Origin: Candidatus Omnitrophota bacterium | GTDB lineage: Bacteria > Omnitrophota > Gorgyraeia > 2-01-FULL-45-10 | Assembly: GCA_041650935.1 (NCBI GenBank) | Contig: JBAZKH010000004.1 | Location: 69,040 to 133,039, forward strand | Reading direction: 5' to 3' | Length of the DNA: 64,000 bases | Part shown: one piece after another, positions 37,804 through 47,537 of the stretch | Layout: every line of letters begins with the position of its first letter | Position numbering within the stretch: the first letter of the stretch is position 1 | Program-made: the position numbers and the translations under genes | The notes under the pieces: model-generated | Databases searched by the model: none | What the model saw: only the letters and a program-made list of their open reading frames with translations | What the model was told of the DNA's origin: nothing

Positions 37804-39081
37804 GTGCCTATGCAAAACCTGGAGAGGCGGTTCGATATTACCCGGCGCTCGATGCGCAGGATAATCAGGTCCTTCCACTCGGATATGGATAAGGGTTTGT
37901 CCGGCGGGCGGAGTTCGCTTAAGATGATACCGACGTATGTTGAGATGCCGACGGGCAGGGAACGCGGCCGGTACATAGCGCTTGACCTGGGCGGGACGAA
38001 CTTCAGGGTGCTCGAACTCTTGCTGAAAGGCGGCCGTAAAGCCGGCCGTCCCCGGATCATGAAGTTTGCGCTTGAGCGGAGGCACATAAAAGGCGATGCC
38101 GGGATATTCTTCGGTTTTATAGCGGAGAGCGTGAAGAAATTCCTGAAGAGATATCGCCTCCCGGCCGGCAAGGTGCTTTATTTAGGATTTACTTTTTCAT
38201 TTCCCATCCGGCAGACCGGTATCGCAAGCGGCCTTTTGATGTGCTGGACGAAAGACTTTGCCGTCAAGGGGGTGGTGGATAGAGACGTTGTAGGGTTGAT
38301 GAACGCGGCCTTCGCCGGGCGCGGGGTCAGGAACATAAATATCTCCGCCCTGGTGAATGATACTGTGGGAACGCTCGCGGCCAAGAGCTATGAGGATCCG
38401 GCATGCGATATAGGGGTTATAATAGGGACGGGAACGAATGCCTGCTATCCCGAGAAACTCTCTGCCATAAAAAAATGGCGCGGGTCCGGGACGCAGAGCG
38501 GGCGCATGATAATAAATATCGAATGGGGTAATTTCAATAAGCTTGCGATGACTTCTTACGACAGGCGGCTGGATGCAGAATCCGATAATCCGGGCCGGCA
38601 GATATTGGAGAAGATGGTCTCCGGGATGTATCTCGGCCGCATCGCGAGGCTCGTTCTTAAAGAGATGGGTATAGGGCTTGCCCGGTTTGAAACCGAACAT
38701 ATATCCCTTGTCGAGGCGGATACCACAAGCGGCCTTAAGCGGACGGCGGTTCTTTTATCCGGCCTTGGCCTGCCGGGATCTTCGATCGAAGAGAGGCGCG
38801 CAGTCAGAAGGGTATGCGCGATGGTATCCCGCCGCGCCGCGCGCATAAGCGCATCCTGTATAGCGGCCATACTCATCAGGCTGGACCCGCGCATATCAAG
38901 GGCGCATACCGTGGCCATAGACGGTTCCGTATTCGAAAAACATCCGACGTTCGCAAAAGAGATGAGAACGGCCCTTAAAGATATATTCGCCGGCAAGGCA
39001 TACCGCATAAAGTTGGCCCTTGCCAAAGACGGCTCGGGCAAAGGCGCGGCAATAATAGCGGCCGTAGCGGCCAATAGATGA
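37804..39081 (+). CDS. Hexokinase-family sugar kinase (eukaryote-type)
   Basis: It carries the hexokinase signature LDLGGTNFRV and is 425 aa. Confidence 0.8.
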   Translation: MPMQNLERRFDITRRSMRRIIRSFHSDMDKGLSGGRSSLKMIPTYVEMPTGRERGRYIALDLGGTNFRVLELLLKGGRKAGRPRIMKFALERRHIKGDAGIFFGFIAESVKKFLKRYRLPAGKVLYLGFTFSFPIRQTGIASGLLMCWTKDFAVKGVVDRDVVGLMNAAFAGRGVRNINISALVNDTVGTLAAKSYEDPACDIGVIIGTGTNACYPEKLSAIKKWRGSGTQSGRMIINIEWGNFNKLAMTSYDRRLDAESDNPGRQILEKMVSGMYLGRIARLVLKEMGIGLARFETEHISLVEADTTSGLKRTAVLLSGLGLPGSSIEERRAVRRVCAMVSRRAARISASCIAAILIRLDPRISRAHTVAIDGSVFEKHPTFAKEMRTALKDIFAGKAYRIKLALAKDGSGKGAAIIAAVAANR

Positions 39082-40568
39082 TTTCGAGATGGCGTTTTGG
39101 GATATTCCTCGTCATAGCGTTATTTATCTTCCTTCTTATAGTAAGATGGCAGGACCAGCCCCTATTCCTCGATAGTTATTACCATGCCGCATGCATGGCC
39201 GGCTTTAAGGATGCCGGCGGCATCGTTTTGCATGATTTTTGGGAATATGCGCCTGCGGGCCGCCCACATCTATATCCACCCGTCTTCCATATCATCCTTT
39301 TAGGGCTTAGCAAGCTGGGCCTGCCGGCGTTATTTATCTTAAGACTCGTGTCGGCCGCTGCATATCCGATATTTCTGTTCGTCATTTCGTGGGTTGTAGC
39401 AAGGCTCTATGACGATAAACGCGCCTTCTTTACGGTACTGGCGGCCTCTATGCCGTACACATTCTTTCTCAATGCGATGATCGCTATACCGTCGACATTG
39501 GCACTTATGCTGTTTATACTGCTGTTTTATGCGCTAGAGACGCGGAAGGTCCTGTGCGGCGCGCTTTTATTAGGATTGGCGTTCTATACTCATGCGGCTA
39601 TCCCATGGATAGCGATCGCGACGCTAGTCTTTTATGCTCTTTTAAGGAGGGCATACCTTAAGCATGTATTTTCCATAGCATTGGGCGGGCTTATACTGGC
39701 GGGCCCATGGTTATTTTACGTCTCCGGCAAACGGGACTACCTCGTCGCGGTCAGCAGCTATATAAACGGTTACTTCGAAGCGAACATCCTATTCTATCTC
39801 TTTGCCGCCGCCGGTATAATCATGGTTTTTCGGCATAAGGGGCGCAGTCTCTTCTACCTGGCGATGGCCGCCGGGATGATTCCTATGGTAAAGGATTACA
39901 GTTTTCGTTTCTTGTGCGCCGAGGGCCTGTTGCCGATAATATTTTTAGCCGGGATCGGTCTGGATGAAATATATTCCAGGCTCTGCGCGTTCATGATAGG
40001 GCGGCGGGCCAAAGAGATCGTTTACTCCGTTCTCCTGCCCTGGCTCATCTTCTTTCTTGTAGTATTCTGGCCGAAATCCTCCGTCGATAGATTTACGAAT
40101 TACGACGGGCGGAAAGGAACCGCTCTCGAACTATCGATCTATTTCAGGAAAGGCATGGAAGAGCTCTTCGATATCATCAACGCAAATAGCCGCCGCGACG
40201 ATATCGTCTTCTGCAACTATAGTCATGTCGGAGGCATCTTCTATGTATTTACCGGCCGGGCGAGCTCCGTCGGTATGCTTAATGAGGTAAAACCCATATA
40301 TAATTCCGATCCAGCGATTCCCGCGGCGCTTGTAATATGGATCAAGAACCCGGAAGGCCTGTTTGAGCCGCAGTTGAGCGCGCTTATTGACAGGCTGGGG
40401 CTCATAAAGATAAAGGAAACAGAATTTGCCTATATATACCGGAATCCGGTTATTATGGCGCATAAGCAGATAGCCCGGCCGGTCATTCCCGCTTCATGGG
40501 CGCTATTGATACTCTTTATATGGGTAAGCGCAGTTTTTGTTTGCATAACAAGGCCCAATCGAATATAA
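39078..40568 (+). CDS. Polytopic integral membrane protein of unknown function
   Basis: It is 496 aa with at least 10 TM helices. Confidence 0.4.
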   Translation: MISRWRFGIFLVIALFIFLLIVRWQDQPLFLDSYYHAACMAGFKDAGGIVLHDFWEYAPAGRPHLYPPVFHIILLGLSKLGLPALFILRLVSAAAYPIFLFVISWVVARLYDDKRAFFTVLAASMPYTFFLNAMIAIPSTLALMLFILLFYALETRKVLCGALLLGLAFYTHAAIPWIAIATLVFYALLRRAYLKHVFSIALGGLILAGPWLFYVSGKRDYLVAVSSYINGYFEANILFYLFAAAGIIMVFRHKGRSLFYLAMAAGMIPMVKDYSFRFLCAEGLLPIIFLAGIGLDEIYSRLCAFMIGRRAKEIVYSVLLPWLIFFLVVFWPKSSVDRFTNYDGRKGTALELSIYFRKGMEELFDIINANSRRDDIVFCNYSHVGGIFYVFTGRASSVGMLNEVKPIYNSDPAIPAALVIWIKNPEGLFEPQLSALIDRLGLIKIKETEFAYIYRNPVIMAHKQIARPVIPASWALLILFIWVSAVFVCITRPNRI

Positions 40569-40582
40569 TTACCTTATAGCCT

Positions 40583-41584
40583 ATGACAAAGCAGAAGACC
40601 ACAAAGCCCCGGGATAGTAAGGAAGATATAAGAGGCTTGGTTCTCCAGGAGTTAAAGGAGAACCCCTACCGTAAATTCAACATCGCCTTTTCTCTTATGA
40701 CCGTCATACCGTTCCTCACATTCTTCTATATCCTCGTAAGCACATCTTCGCTGGATGTTCTCGCGGGCCAGGCGGGCGGGATACTATTTGTCTGCCTTGT
40801 AATGGCCATCTGCGGTTTCAGCGTGGGTTACATAGTGATCAGTAATATACTGAAGCGTCTCTTCCTATATGCCGCCAAATTGAAGCATAGCGACCAGCTT
40901 AAATCGACGATGGTTGCGTCGGTTTCCCATGAGCTAAAAAACCCGCTCACCATCATAAAGATTAATCTCGATACCCTGGCGGATGGGTTGATCGGCAGTG
41001 TAACCATGGCCCAGCGTGAGGTGATCGAGCTCTGCCTTAAAGTGACCGACAGGATGACGCACCTCATAACCGACCTCCTCGATATCCATAAGATAGAGGC
41101 GGGCATGATCGACATGAAGAGGGAGCAGTGCGATCTGGCAAAATTACTCAAATCCCAGGCGAGCGAATTCGGGCCGGTCGTCGGAAAAAAAGGCATAAAG
41201 CTGGTTACGGAGTTCCTCGATATGGATCTGATGGTATGGGCCGACGGCAGGAAGCTTACGCAGGTTATAAACAACCTCCTGAGCAATGCCGTAAAACATA
41301 CGCCCGATGGGCAGTCGGTAACGATAACGGCGTATCCTATAGAGCGTTTTATACGGTTTGAAGTTGCGGATAACGGCCCGGGTATCCCACCCGATAAGCT
41401 CGAAAAGATATTTGATAAGTTCGAAATACTCGACTCCTCCAGGGATGGCACCGGCCTCGGGCTCTCCATAGCAAAAGATATCGTGGAACTTCACAGGGGA
41501 AGGATATGGGTCGAGAGCCTCCCCGGCAAAGGCAGTACATTCGTAGTTGTCCTGCCCCGTGATCTCAGGCGCACGACCAGGTGA
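40583..41584 (+). CDS. Membrane-bound sensor histidine kinase
   Basis: It has the H-box SHELKNPLT and the N/G boxes NAVKHT...DNGPGIP...GTGLGLSIAK. Confidence 0.8.
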   Translation: MTKQKTTKPRDSKEDIRGLVLQELKENPYRKFNIAFSLMTVIPFLTFFYILVSTSSLDVLAGQAGGILFVCLVMAICGFSVGYIVISNILKRLFLYAAKLKHSDQLKSTMVASVSHELKNPLTIIKINLDTLADGLIGSVTMAQREVIELCLKVTDRMTHLITDLLDIHKIEAGMIDMKREQCDLAKLLKSQASEFGPVVGKKGIKLVTEFLDMDLMVWADGRKLTQVINNLLSNAVKHTPDGQSVTITAYPIERFIRFEVADNGPGIPPDKLEKIFDKFEILDSSRDGTGLGLSIAKDIVELHRGRIWVESLPGKGSTFVVVLPRDLRRTTR

Positions 41585-42519
41585 TGCCCGCTAAAAAAAT
41601 ACAGATACTGAATTTCGATAATAGCGTTGCCAAACAGAAAACCCTCCTGTCAAGATACAGACCCGCCCTTATCGATATGACCGGACCGTCCTCCGACGCG
41701 AGATTCTGGATCAGCCGCAGGGCGAAAGCGCTGGTCGAAAAAGAGATCCAGCGTCTGGATAAAAGGGCTGTCACGTTCCTGGGGTCGGGGGATTTCCATC
41801 ACATAAGCTCATTATTGATAAACCGGTTCGAGGAGCCGGTAACTGTGATCAGTTTCGATTTTCATCCCGATTGGGACATTATCTTCCCGTCCCTTACTTG
41901 CGGCTCATGGATAACCCATATCCTGAGGAAGAATAATATCCCCAAGGTAATTTTGCTGGGTACCGCCGGCGGCGACATTTCGACTTTCTATATCCAGACA
42001 GGCAATCTCGATTCCCTTGAAAATGACCGCGTGGAGGTATATCCCTACGCGCATCCACCGACGAGGGTCTTTGCCAAAAGGATACCTTCCAATATCTCTA
42101 TCAGGCCGGAGAGAGGGATGGTCTCCGGAAGGATACATTGGTCAGGGCTTAAAGATATGGACCTGGACAGCTTTATGCGCAACCTCGTCAGCCGCATACC
42201 TACCGAGAAGGTCTACGTCTCCATCGACAAAGACTGCCTGAGAAAAGAGTACGCGTTGACGAATTGGGAAGAGGGCAAACTCTCGCTCGAAGAACTCATA
42301 TCGATGCTTAAGGCGATCAAAGAGAATAGGGATATAGCAGGCCTCGACATCACGGGTGATTATTCCGATATTAGTATAAATAAGCCGTTTAAAAATCTCA
42401 TCTCCTTGTGGGACCATCCCCGGTCCATCGCAGCTATGGAGATGGGCGAGGAGGCCATAACGGCCGTGAACGAGGATACCAATCTTAAGATATTGGCGGC
42501 ATTGGAAGGAGCTGCGTAA
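41581..42519 (+). CDS. Divergent arginase-fold (ureohydrolase-like) protein
   Basis: GSGDFHH, DFHPDWD and SIDKDCL align with the binuclear-Mn ligand motifs GGDHS / DAHxD / SxDxD of the arginase family. Confidence 0.4.
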   Translation: MMPAKKIQILNFDNSVAKQKTLLSRYRPALIDMTGPSSDARFWISRRAKALVEKEIQRLDKRAVTFLGSGDFHHISSLLINRFEEPVTVISFDFHPDWDIIFPSLTCGSWITHILRKNNIPKVILLGTAGGDISTFYIQTGNLDSLENDRVEVYPYAHPPTRVFAKRIPSNISIRPERGMVSGRIHWSGLKDMDLDSFMRNLVSRIPTEKVYVSIDKDCLRKEYALTNWEEGKLSLEELISMLKAIKENRDIAGLDITGDYSDISINKPFKNLISLWDHPRSIAAMEMGEEAITAVNEDTNLKILAALEGAA

Positions 42520-42521
42520 CG

Positions 42522-43265
42522 TTGAATATCGTCCTGATAGGTACGTTAGCAAGCATCGCCGCCGGCTCGGCCACAATACTGGGGGCGTTCCCGGTCTTCT
42601 TCATACGAAAAGTTTCCGATAAGCTCCTGGATACACTGATGGGATTTGCCGCCGGAGTTATGCTGTCCGTGACATTCTTCGGCCTGATTACCCCGGCAAT
42701 CAAAACGGGTGGTATATGGAAGACTTCATTCGGGATATTGCTGGGCGCGCTCTTTCTTATAATAATGGAGAAGGCTATCCCGCATGTCCACAGAGTGACA
42801 GGAATGAAAGGGCCGCATGTCCATCTGGGCAAACTCTGGCTCTTTATACTGGCGATAACGATCCATAATTTTCCGGAAGGGTTGACCGTAGGCGTCGGAT
42901 TTGCCGGCGGTAATTACAATACAGGGTTTGTCCTTGCCGTCGGCATAGGTATCCAGAATATAGTGGAAGGGCTGGCCGTAGCGGTCTCGTTCTTCAGGGC
43001 TACGAATAAGCTGATGAAAGCCTTCCTGGTTGCGTCTTTCACCTGTGTCGTAGAGCCGGTAGGCGGATTCCTGGGTATTTCCATACTTTCCATCGCAAAA
43101 CCCCTGATACCATATGGCATGGCGTTTGCCGCGGGCGCGATGCTCTTTGTCACCGTCGAAGAGCTTATACCCGAGACGCATTCCCGCGGCAATGTGCGGG
43201 AATCTACTATCGGTATAATACTCGGGGCTGTGGTAATGATGCTTCTCGAAAACCTCTTTGTGTAG
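42522..43265 (+). CDS. ZIP-family metal transporter (ZupT-like), TTG start
   Basis: It has HNFPEGLTVG and HN..EGLAV-type signatures and about 8 TM helices. Confidence 0.8.
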   Translation: MNIVLIGTLASIAAGSATILGAFPVFFIRKVSDKLLDTLMGFAAGVMLSVTFFGLITPAIKTGGIWKTSFGILLGALFLIIMEKAIPHVHRVTGMKGPHVHLGKLWLFILAITIHNFPEGLTVGVGFAGGNYNTGFVLAVGIGIQNIVEGLAVAVSFFRATNKLMKAFLVASFTCVVEPVGGFLGISILSIAKPLIPYGMAFAAGAMLFVTVEELIPETHSRGNVRESTIGIILGAVVMMLLENLFV

Positions 43266-43283
43266 TGGTATAATAAGGTATAG

Positions 43284-44633
43284 ATGGATAATACTATCAT
43301 TGCGTCCCTTATTGGCGTAGCAGGCACGATCATTGCTGCTATAATAGCTGTTGTTGTCAGACGGCGAAAAAAGCCAAACCTCCAGCTGGTCGACGCAGTT
43401 GTTTTAGTACCCTCCAAAATCGCTCAAACTTCCGCCAAGCCGGATCGTCTTGAATACCATACCATAGAACCCAAGTTACATTTTCCATATAGGACCGATG
43501 CTTTGGGAAAAGGGCACTTTTTCCCGATAGTAGATTTGAAGTTTGTTAACTCGGGCGACGGCGTGGCATTCCTCAAACGCATGCAGGTCGATGTATCCGG
43601 GATGACTGTGGATCCAACGCCGATCCTTGAGTTCGGTATCGAATCGGATGTGGATGGGAATTTAGTGATTAAGGTTAAAAATTGCGGTTGGGGGCCGGCT
43701 CTATCCGTGAAGCTGAATAACCTGCAGCATGAAGGGCTGAGAAAGCATCTGTCTTTGAATGGACGTGAATACCTCTGGGAAGGGGAGATACCGCCCGAAG
43801 GGACCATCGCTATCAAATTTCCTTGTTCATCTATCATGGGAGATAGCGAGGCAGAGGTGCGGGAGCCCGGCGGTTATATCGTTTACAGGGATTTGCTGAA
43901 TAATGAATATGGCCGGACTATCCGATATGAATCTTATATATTTGAGGAATATCGCGTAAAAATAAAGGACCGCAGGTTCAGGATAGAACGTCATGATTAT
44001 GCAAACGCGAAAAAGGTTTCCTGCAGACACACCGTGATGCTTCCCGCCGCGCCGAAGCAATACAGTAAGACCTACAATATATCGATGGAGGTAGGAGCGA
44101 ACGAAACGGAGCGTTTCCAGGTGATTCTTGCGGCGGAGAAGTCGGCAACGTTTACGGTATCTTTTATAATTCATTACAACGATAACCGGGCGGTCCAAAC
44201 CACGCCGCTGAAGCTGCGGGTCTGGAATCCCAACAGTCTATGGTATTACAATTATTTGAAAGAGCCGGCGCTGGGTAAGGATACGCTCGAAAAGCTTTGC
44301 CTGGACGGTTCGGAGATAATACCGGATGAAAATAATAAGGATGAAAAGAATGACTTCGAAAATTCGGAATCGGCAGCCTGGGCGTTCAATGACATAGCAT
44401 GGGTACTGATAGATCAGGAGATAAACGTGGCTGAAGGATTAAGGCTTGCGGATAAAGCCCTGGTCATGAAGGCTGACGAACCGTTTATTCTCGATACGAT
44501 CGGATGGGGATATTACAGGATGCGGCATTATAACAAAGCCATGGATTTTTTTGAAAGGGCTATCCGGAAAGCCCCTGAAGATAAGTTGATTAAGGAGCAC
44601 TTCAAGATCGTATCTTCCATAATTAAGAAATAG
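43284..44633 (+). CDS. Membrane-anchored protein with a C-terminal TPR-like region; unknown function
   Basis: It has an N-terminal TM helix followed by RRRKK, then a beta-rich middle and a TPR-like tail. Confidence 0.4.
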   Translation: MDNTIIASLIGVAGTIIAAIIAVVVRRRKKPNLQLVDAVVLVPSKIAQTSAKPDRLEYHTIEPKLHFPYRTDALGKGHFFPIVDLKFVNSGDGVAFLKRMQVDVSGMTVDPTPILEFGIESDVDGNLVIKVKNCGWGPALSVKLNNLQHEGLRKHLSLNGREYLWEGEIPPEGTIAIKFPCSSIMGDSEAEVREPGGYIVYRDLLNNEYGRTIRYESYIFEEYRVKIKDRRFRIERHDYANAKKVSCRHTVMLPAAPKQYSKTYNISMEVGANETERFQVILAAEKSATFTVSFIIHYNDNRAVQTTPLKLRVWNPNSLWYYNYLKEPALGKDTLEKLCLDGSEIIPDENNKDEKNDFENSESAAWAFNDIAWVLIDQEINVAEGLRLADKALVMKADEPFILDTIGWGYYRMRHYNKAMDFFERAIRKAPEDKLIKEHFKIVSSIIKK

Positions 44634-44657
44634 CATAAAACGTAAAAGGGGAAAAGA

Positions 44658-45623
44658 ATGAGTACGCGGAGCGCAAACGCCGAGAATCCCTTACTGGATA
44701 AACTTCAAGATGCCCTGAATTCTATGTTTATAAGAGGCCGGGTGAATCGCTTTGAGCCGTCCATCGTGACACAGGTCGAAACATTCTTGCGGCCTAAAGT
44801 GGGAGAGACTGCAAAAGATGTGGCAAATATCCTATCCAATACAGAATGGTACATAGCTTCCCGCCCGGATCAAATCGATTGCAATTTTGCGCTGGCGCTG
44901 GAGTATCAAGAGGGAGTTTTTTTTGGGACCAAAGGCGAGGTGTGGTTCCCGCTGCACGTGGCTGCCAATGAACAGCGGCATTTATTTGCCCTGCTTATAG
45001 CGGCCTGTGACAAGAAACAGATACCAAGGGAGATCACCGCTGCTCTTATAATTCACGCATGCGATGAGTTTGCGTTACCGGGCGAAAAGGAAGGATGGAA
45101 ATGCTATTATACCGGCTGGGCCCTGGAAAGGTTCGCGCAGTACGACAAAGCCGCAGAATTTTATGAGCGTGCCTTATGCATGAATCCTCGGAATACGGAT
45201 GCTTTTATATACAAGGCATGTTGTCTCGGTTTTATTTGTCGACACGCGGAAGCAGTAAAAATTTGCGAGAAAGTACTTAATAGCGGCGGGAAAAGTTTGC
45301 GGGCTTATTTCTACAAAGGCTTTTCTTTGTCCCGGCTGGGCGTTCACGCGGAAGCAGTTACTTGTTTTGATCGTATACTGCAGGCAGATAAGAGCGACAA
45401 AGATGTATGGTATAATAGGGGGGTATCGTTAGGAGGAATGGGGCGTCACGAAGCGGCGGCGCAGAGCTATTCCGAAGCGTTAAAGCTTAACGGGAACGAT
45501 AAAAGTGCCTGGTATAATAAAGGGCTTGAGCTGCAATCGTTGGGCAGGCATCCTGAAGCTCTTGTCTGTTTTCAAAAGGCGGCTAGCCTTGGCCACGAAA
45601 AAGCAGGCATGCGTCTCTTATAG
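44658..45623 (+). CDS. TPR-repeat protein
   Basis: It has several 34-aa repeats with the W/Y-N-x-G pattern. Confidence 0.7.
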   Translation: MSTRSANAENPLLDKLQDALNSMFIRGRVNRFEPSIVTQVETFLRPKVGETAKDVANILSNTEWYIASRPDQIDCNFALALEYQEGVFFGTKGEVWFPLHVAANEQRHLFALLIAACDKKQIPREITAALIIHACDEFALPGEKEGWKCYYTGWALERFAQYDKAAEFYERALCMNPRNTDAFIYKACCLGFICRHAEAVKICEKVLNSGGKSLRAYFYKGFSLSRLGVHAEAVTCFDRILQADKSDKDVWYNRGVSLGGMGRHEAAAQSYSEALKLNGNDKSAWYNKGLELQSLGRHPEALVCFQKAASLGHEKAGMRLL

Positions 45624-45646
45624 CCGGGCCAAAGGCTCTAAAAAAT

Positions 45647-47275
45647 ATGGAGAGAACGATAGGCAATAACCAGTACAATGTAGGCTACATATGCACAACA
45701 CTGCAGTGTGAAGCCGGGAGGCCGGATAAGATTGCGTTACGGCTGATTAGCCCGGATCTAACCTCAATAAATTACAGTTTCAGTGATTTAGACGGCCAGT
45801 CAAATAAATTCGCCAATGTCCTGCAATCGTTAGGCCTGTCCAAAGGGGACGTCATCTTTACCCTCCTTCCCAAAATGCCGGAGCATTTCTTCGTCTTATT
45901 AGGCGCGCTTAAACTGCAATTGATAGCCAGTCCTTTATTCGCAAATTTCGGCGCGGAAGCGATACTCGACCGGATGGGGGATGCGCACGCCAAAATACTG
46001 GTTACCAAGAATAGTTTTTTAAAGAAGATCGACAGGATAAAGCGGCAATTGCCCAGCCTGAAATATATAATAGTGGTCGATAGCAAGCTTCATATCTCAT
46101 CAAATGTCTTAAGTTACGCTGTTTTAATGCAAGAGGCGGCCGGTATTTTCAAAACCCCCGTAACGGGCATGGATGTGCCGTCGATCCTGCATTATACTTC
46201 AGGCTCGACGGGAAAACCAAAAGGCGTTCTGCATATACATAAAGCGATAACGACCATTAACCAGACAACAAAAGAGATATTGGATCTTAAAGAGGACGAT
46301 AAGTATTGGTGCACGGCTGACCAGGGATGGGTGACGGGCACTTCTTATGGCATGATAGGCCCGTGGAGCTGTGGAGTCACTCAAATACATTTTAGCGGAC
46401 AGTATGATCCGGCGGCATGGCTTGCGATACTGGAAAAAGAGAGTATTACCGTTTGGTATACGGCGCCCACCGCGTTGCGTATGCTCATGAAAGAGAACGC
46501 TTCGCTGTTCGGGAAATTCAATCTGAATAAATTAAGGCATATTTACAGTGTCGGCGAGCCGCTGAATCCCGAAATTATACAGTGGTCACGTAAGGTATTG
46601 GCTAAAGACGTTCACGATACGTGGTTTATGACGGAAACCGGATCCATCATGATAGCTAACCGTCCCGGCTTTGGCATCAAGCCGGGCTCTATGGGAAAAC
46701 CGATTGCGGGTGTGCATGCGGCAATTATAACCGATAACGGCCGGACGGCTAAAGACGGCCAATGCGGCAATCTTTGTTTAAAAGCGCCCTGGCCTTCCAT
46801 GTTTTTAGCATATCTCAATAACAAACAAGCCTATGAGCAAAAGTTTAAAGACGGCTACTATTATTCCGGCGACGTTGCCTTTAAGGATAAAGAGGGATAT
46901 TACTGGTTTACCGGCAGGAAGGATGACATCATCAATACGGCCGGTCATCTTGTGGGCCCATTCGAAGTAGAGAGCGCTCTGTTGGAAATCGCGGAGATCA
47001 AAGAAGCCGCGGTGATCGGCGCGCCGGACGAAACGCTCTTTGAAAAAGTCGTAGCTTTTATTAAGATGAAGCCGGGTTTTAAATACAATAAAGACCTGGA
47101 GCTGAAGATCAGGGTCTATATCGCGAATAAAGTATCCACCATTGCCGTCCCGCAGGATATAATCGTGGTCGAGAATATACCAAAAACTAAAAGCGGCAAG
47201 ATAATGAGAAGGATGCTGAAGGCGCAATATATGGGCCGTGAAGCAGGCGACCTTTCTACTTTGGAGGATTTTTAA
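45647..47275 (+). CDS. ANL-superfamily adenylating enzyme (acyl/aminoacyl-AMP ligase, DltA-like role)
   Basis: It has the AMP-binding motif YTSGSTGKPKGV and C-terminal GKIMRR. Confidence 0.8.
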   Translation: MERTIGNNQYNVGYICTTLQCEAGRPDKIALRLISPDLTSINYSFSDLDGQSNKFANVLQSLGLSKGDVIFTLLPKMPEHFFVLLGALKLQLIASPLFANFGAEAILDRMGDAHAKILVTKNSFLKKIDRIKRQLPSLKYIIVVDSKLHISSNVLSYAVLMQEAAGIFKTPVTGMDVPSILHYTSGSTGKPKGVLHIHKAITTINQTTKEILDLKEDDKYWCTADQGWVTGTSYGMIGPWSCGVTQIHFSGQYDPAAWLAILEKESITVWYTAPTALRMLMKENASLFGKFNLNKLRHIYSVGEPLNPEIIQWSRKVLAKDVHDTWFMTETGSIMIANRPGFGIKPGSMGKPIAGVHAAIITDNGRTAKDGQCGNLCLKAPWPSMFLAYLNNKQAYEQKFKDGYYYSGDVAFKDKEGYYWFTGRKDDIINTAGHLVGPFEVESALLEIAEIKEAAVIGAPDETLFEKVVAFIKMKPGFKYNKDLELKIRVYIANKVSTIAVPQDIIVVENIPKTKSGKIMRRMLKAQYMGREAGDLSTLEDF

Positions 47276-47276
47276 A

Positions 47277-47510
47277 ATGGATGTAATCAATAAATTGAAC
47301 GGTGTGTTCCGGGAGGTTTTCGACGATAACAGCATAGAGATAAGGCCCGAAATGACGGCGAATGACGTAGACGGCTGGGATTCTTTTTCGCATGTCACGC
47401 TCATAGTCGCAATTGAAACCAGGTTCAATATCAAATTCACCCGGAAAGAACTGCTTACATTTAAAAATGTGGGCGATCTTATTAAAGGTATAGAACAGAA
47501 GATAGTTTAA
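47277..47510 (+). CDS. Acyl/aminoacyl carrier protein (DltC-like)
   Basis: It is 78 aa, with a phosphopantetheine-attachment-like GWDSFSHV motif. Confidence 0.65.
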   Translation: MDVINKLNGVFREVFDDNSIEIRPEMTANDVDGWDSFSHVTLIVAIETRFNIKFTRKELLTFKNVGDLIKGIEQKIV

Positions 47511-47537
47511 GTCTGGTCAATAAGACGCGGGGAAAGT

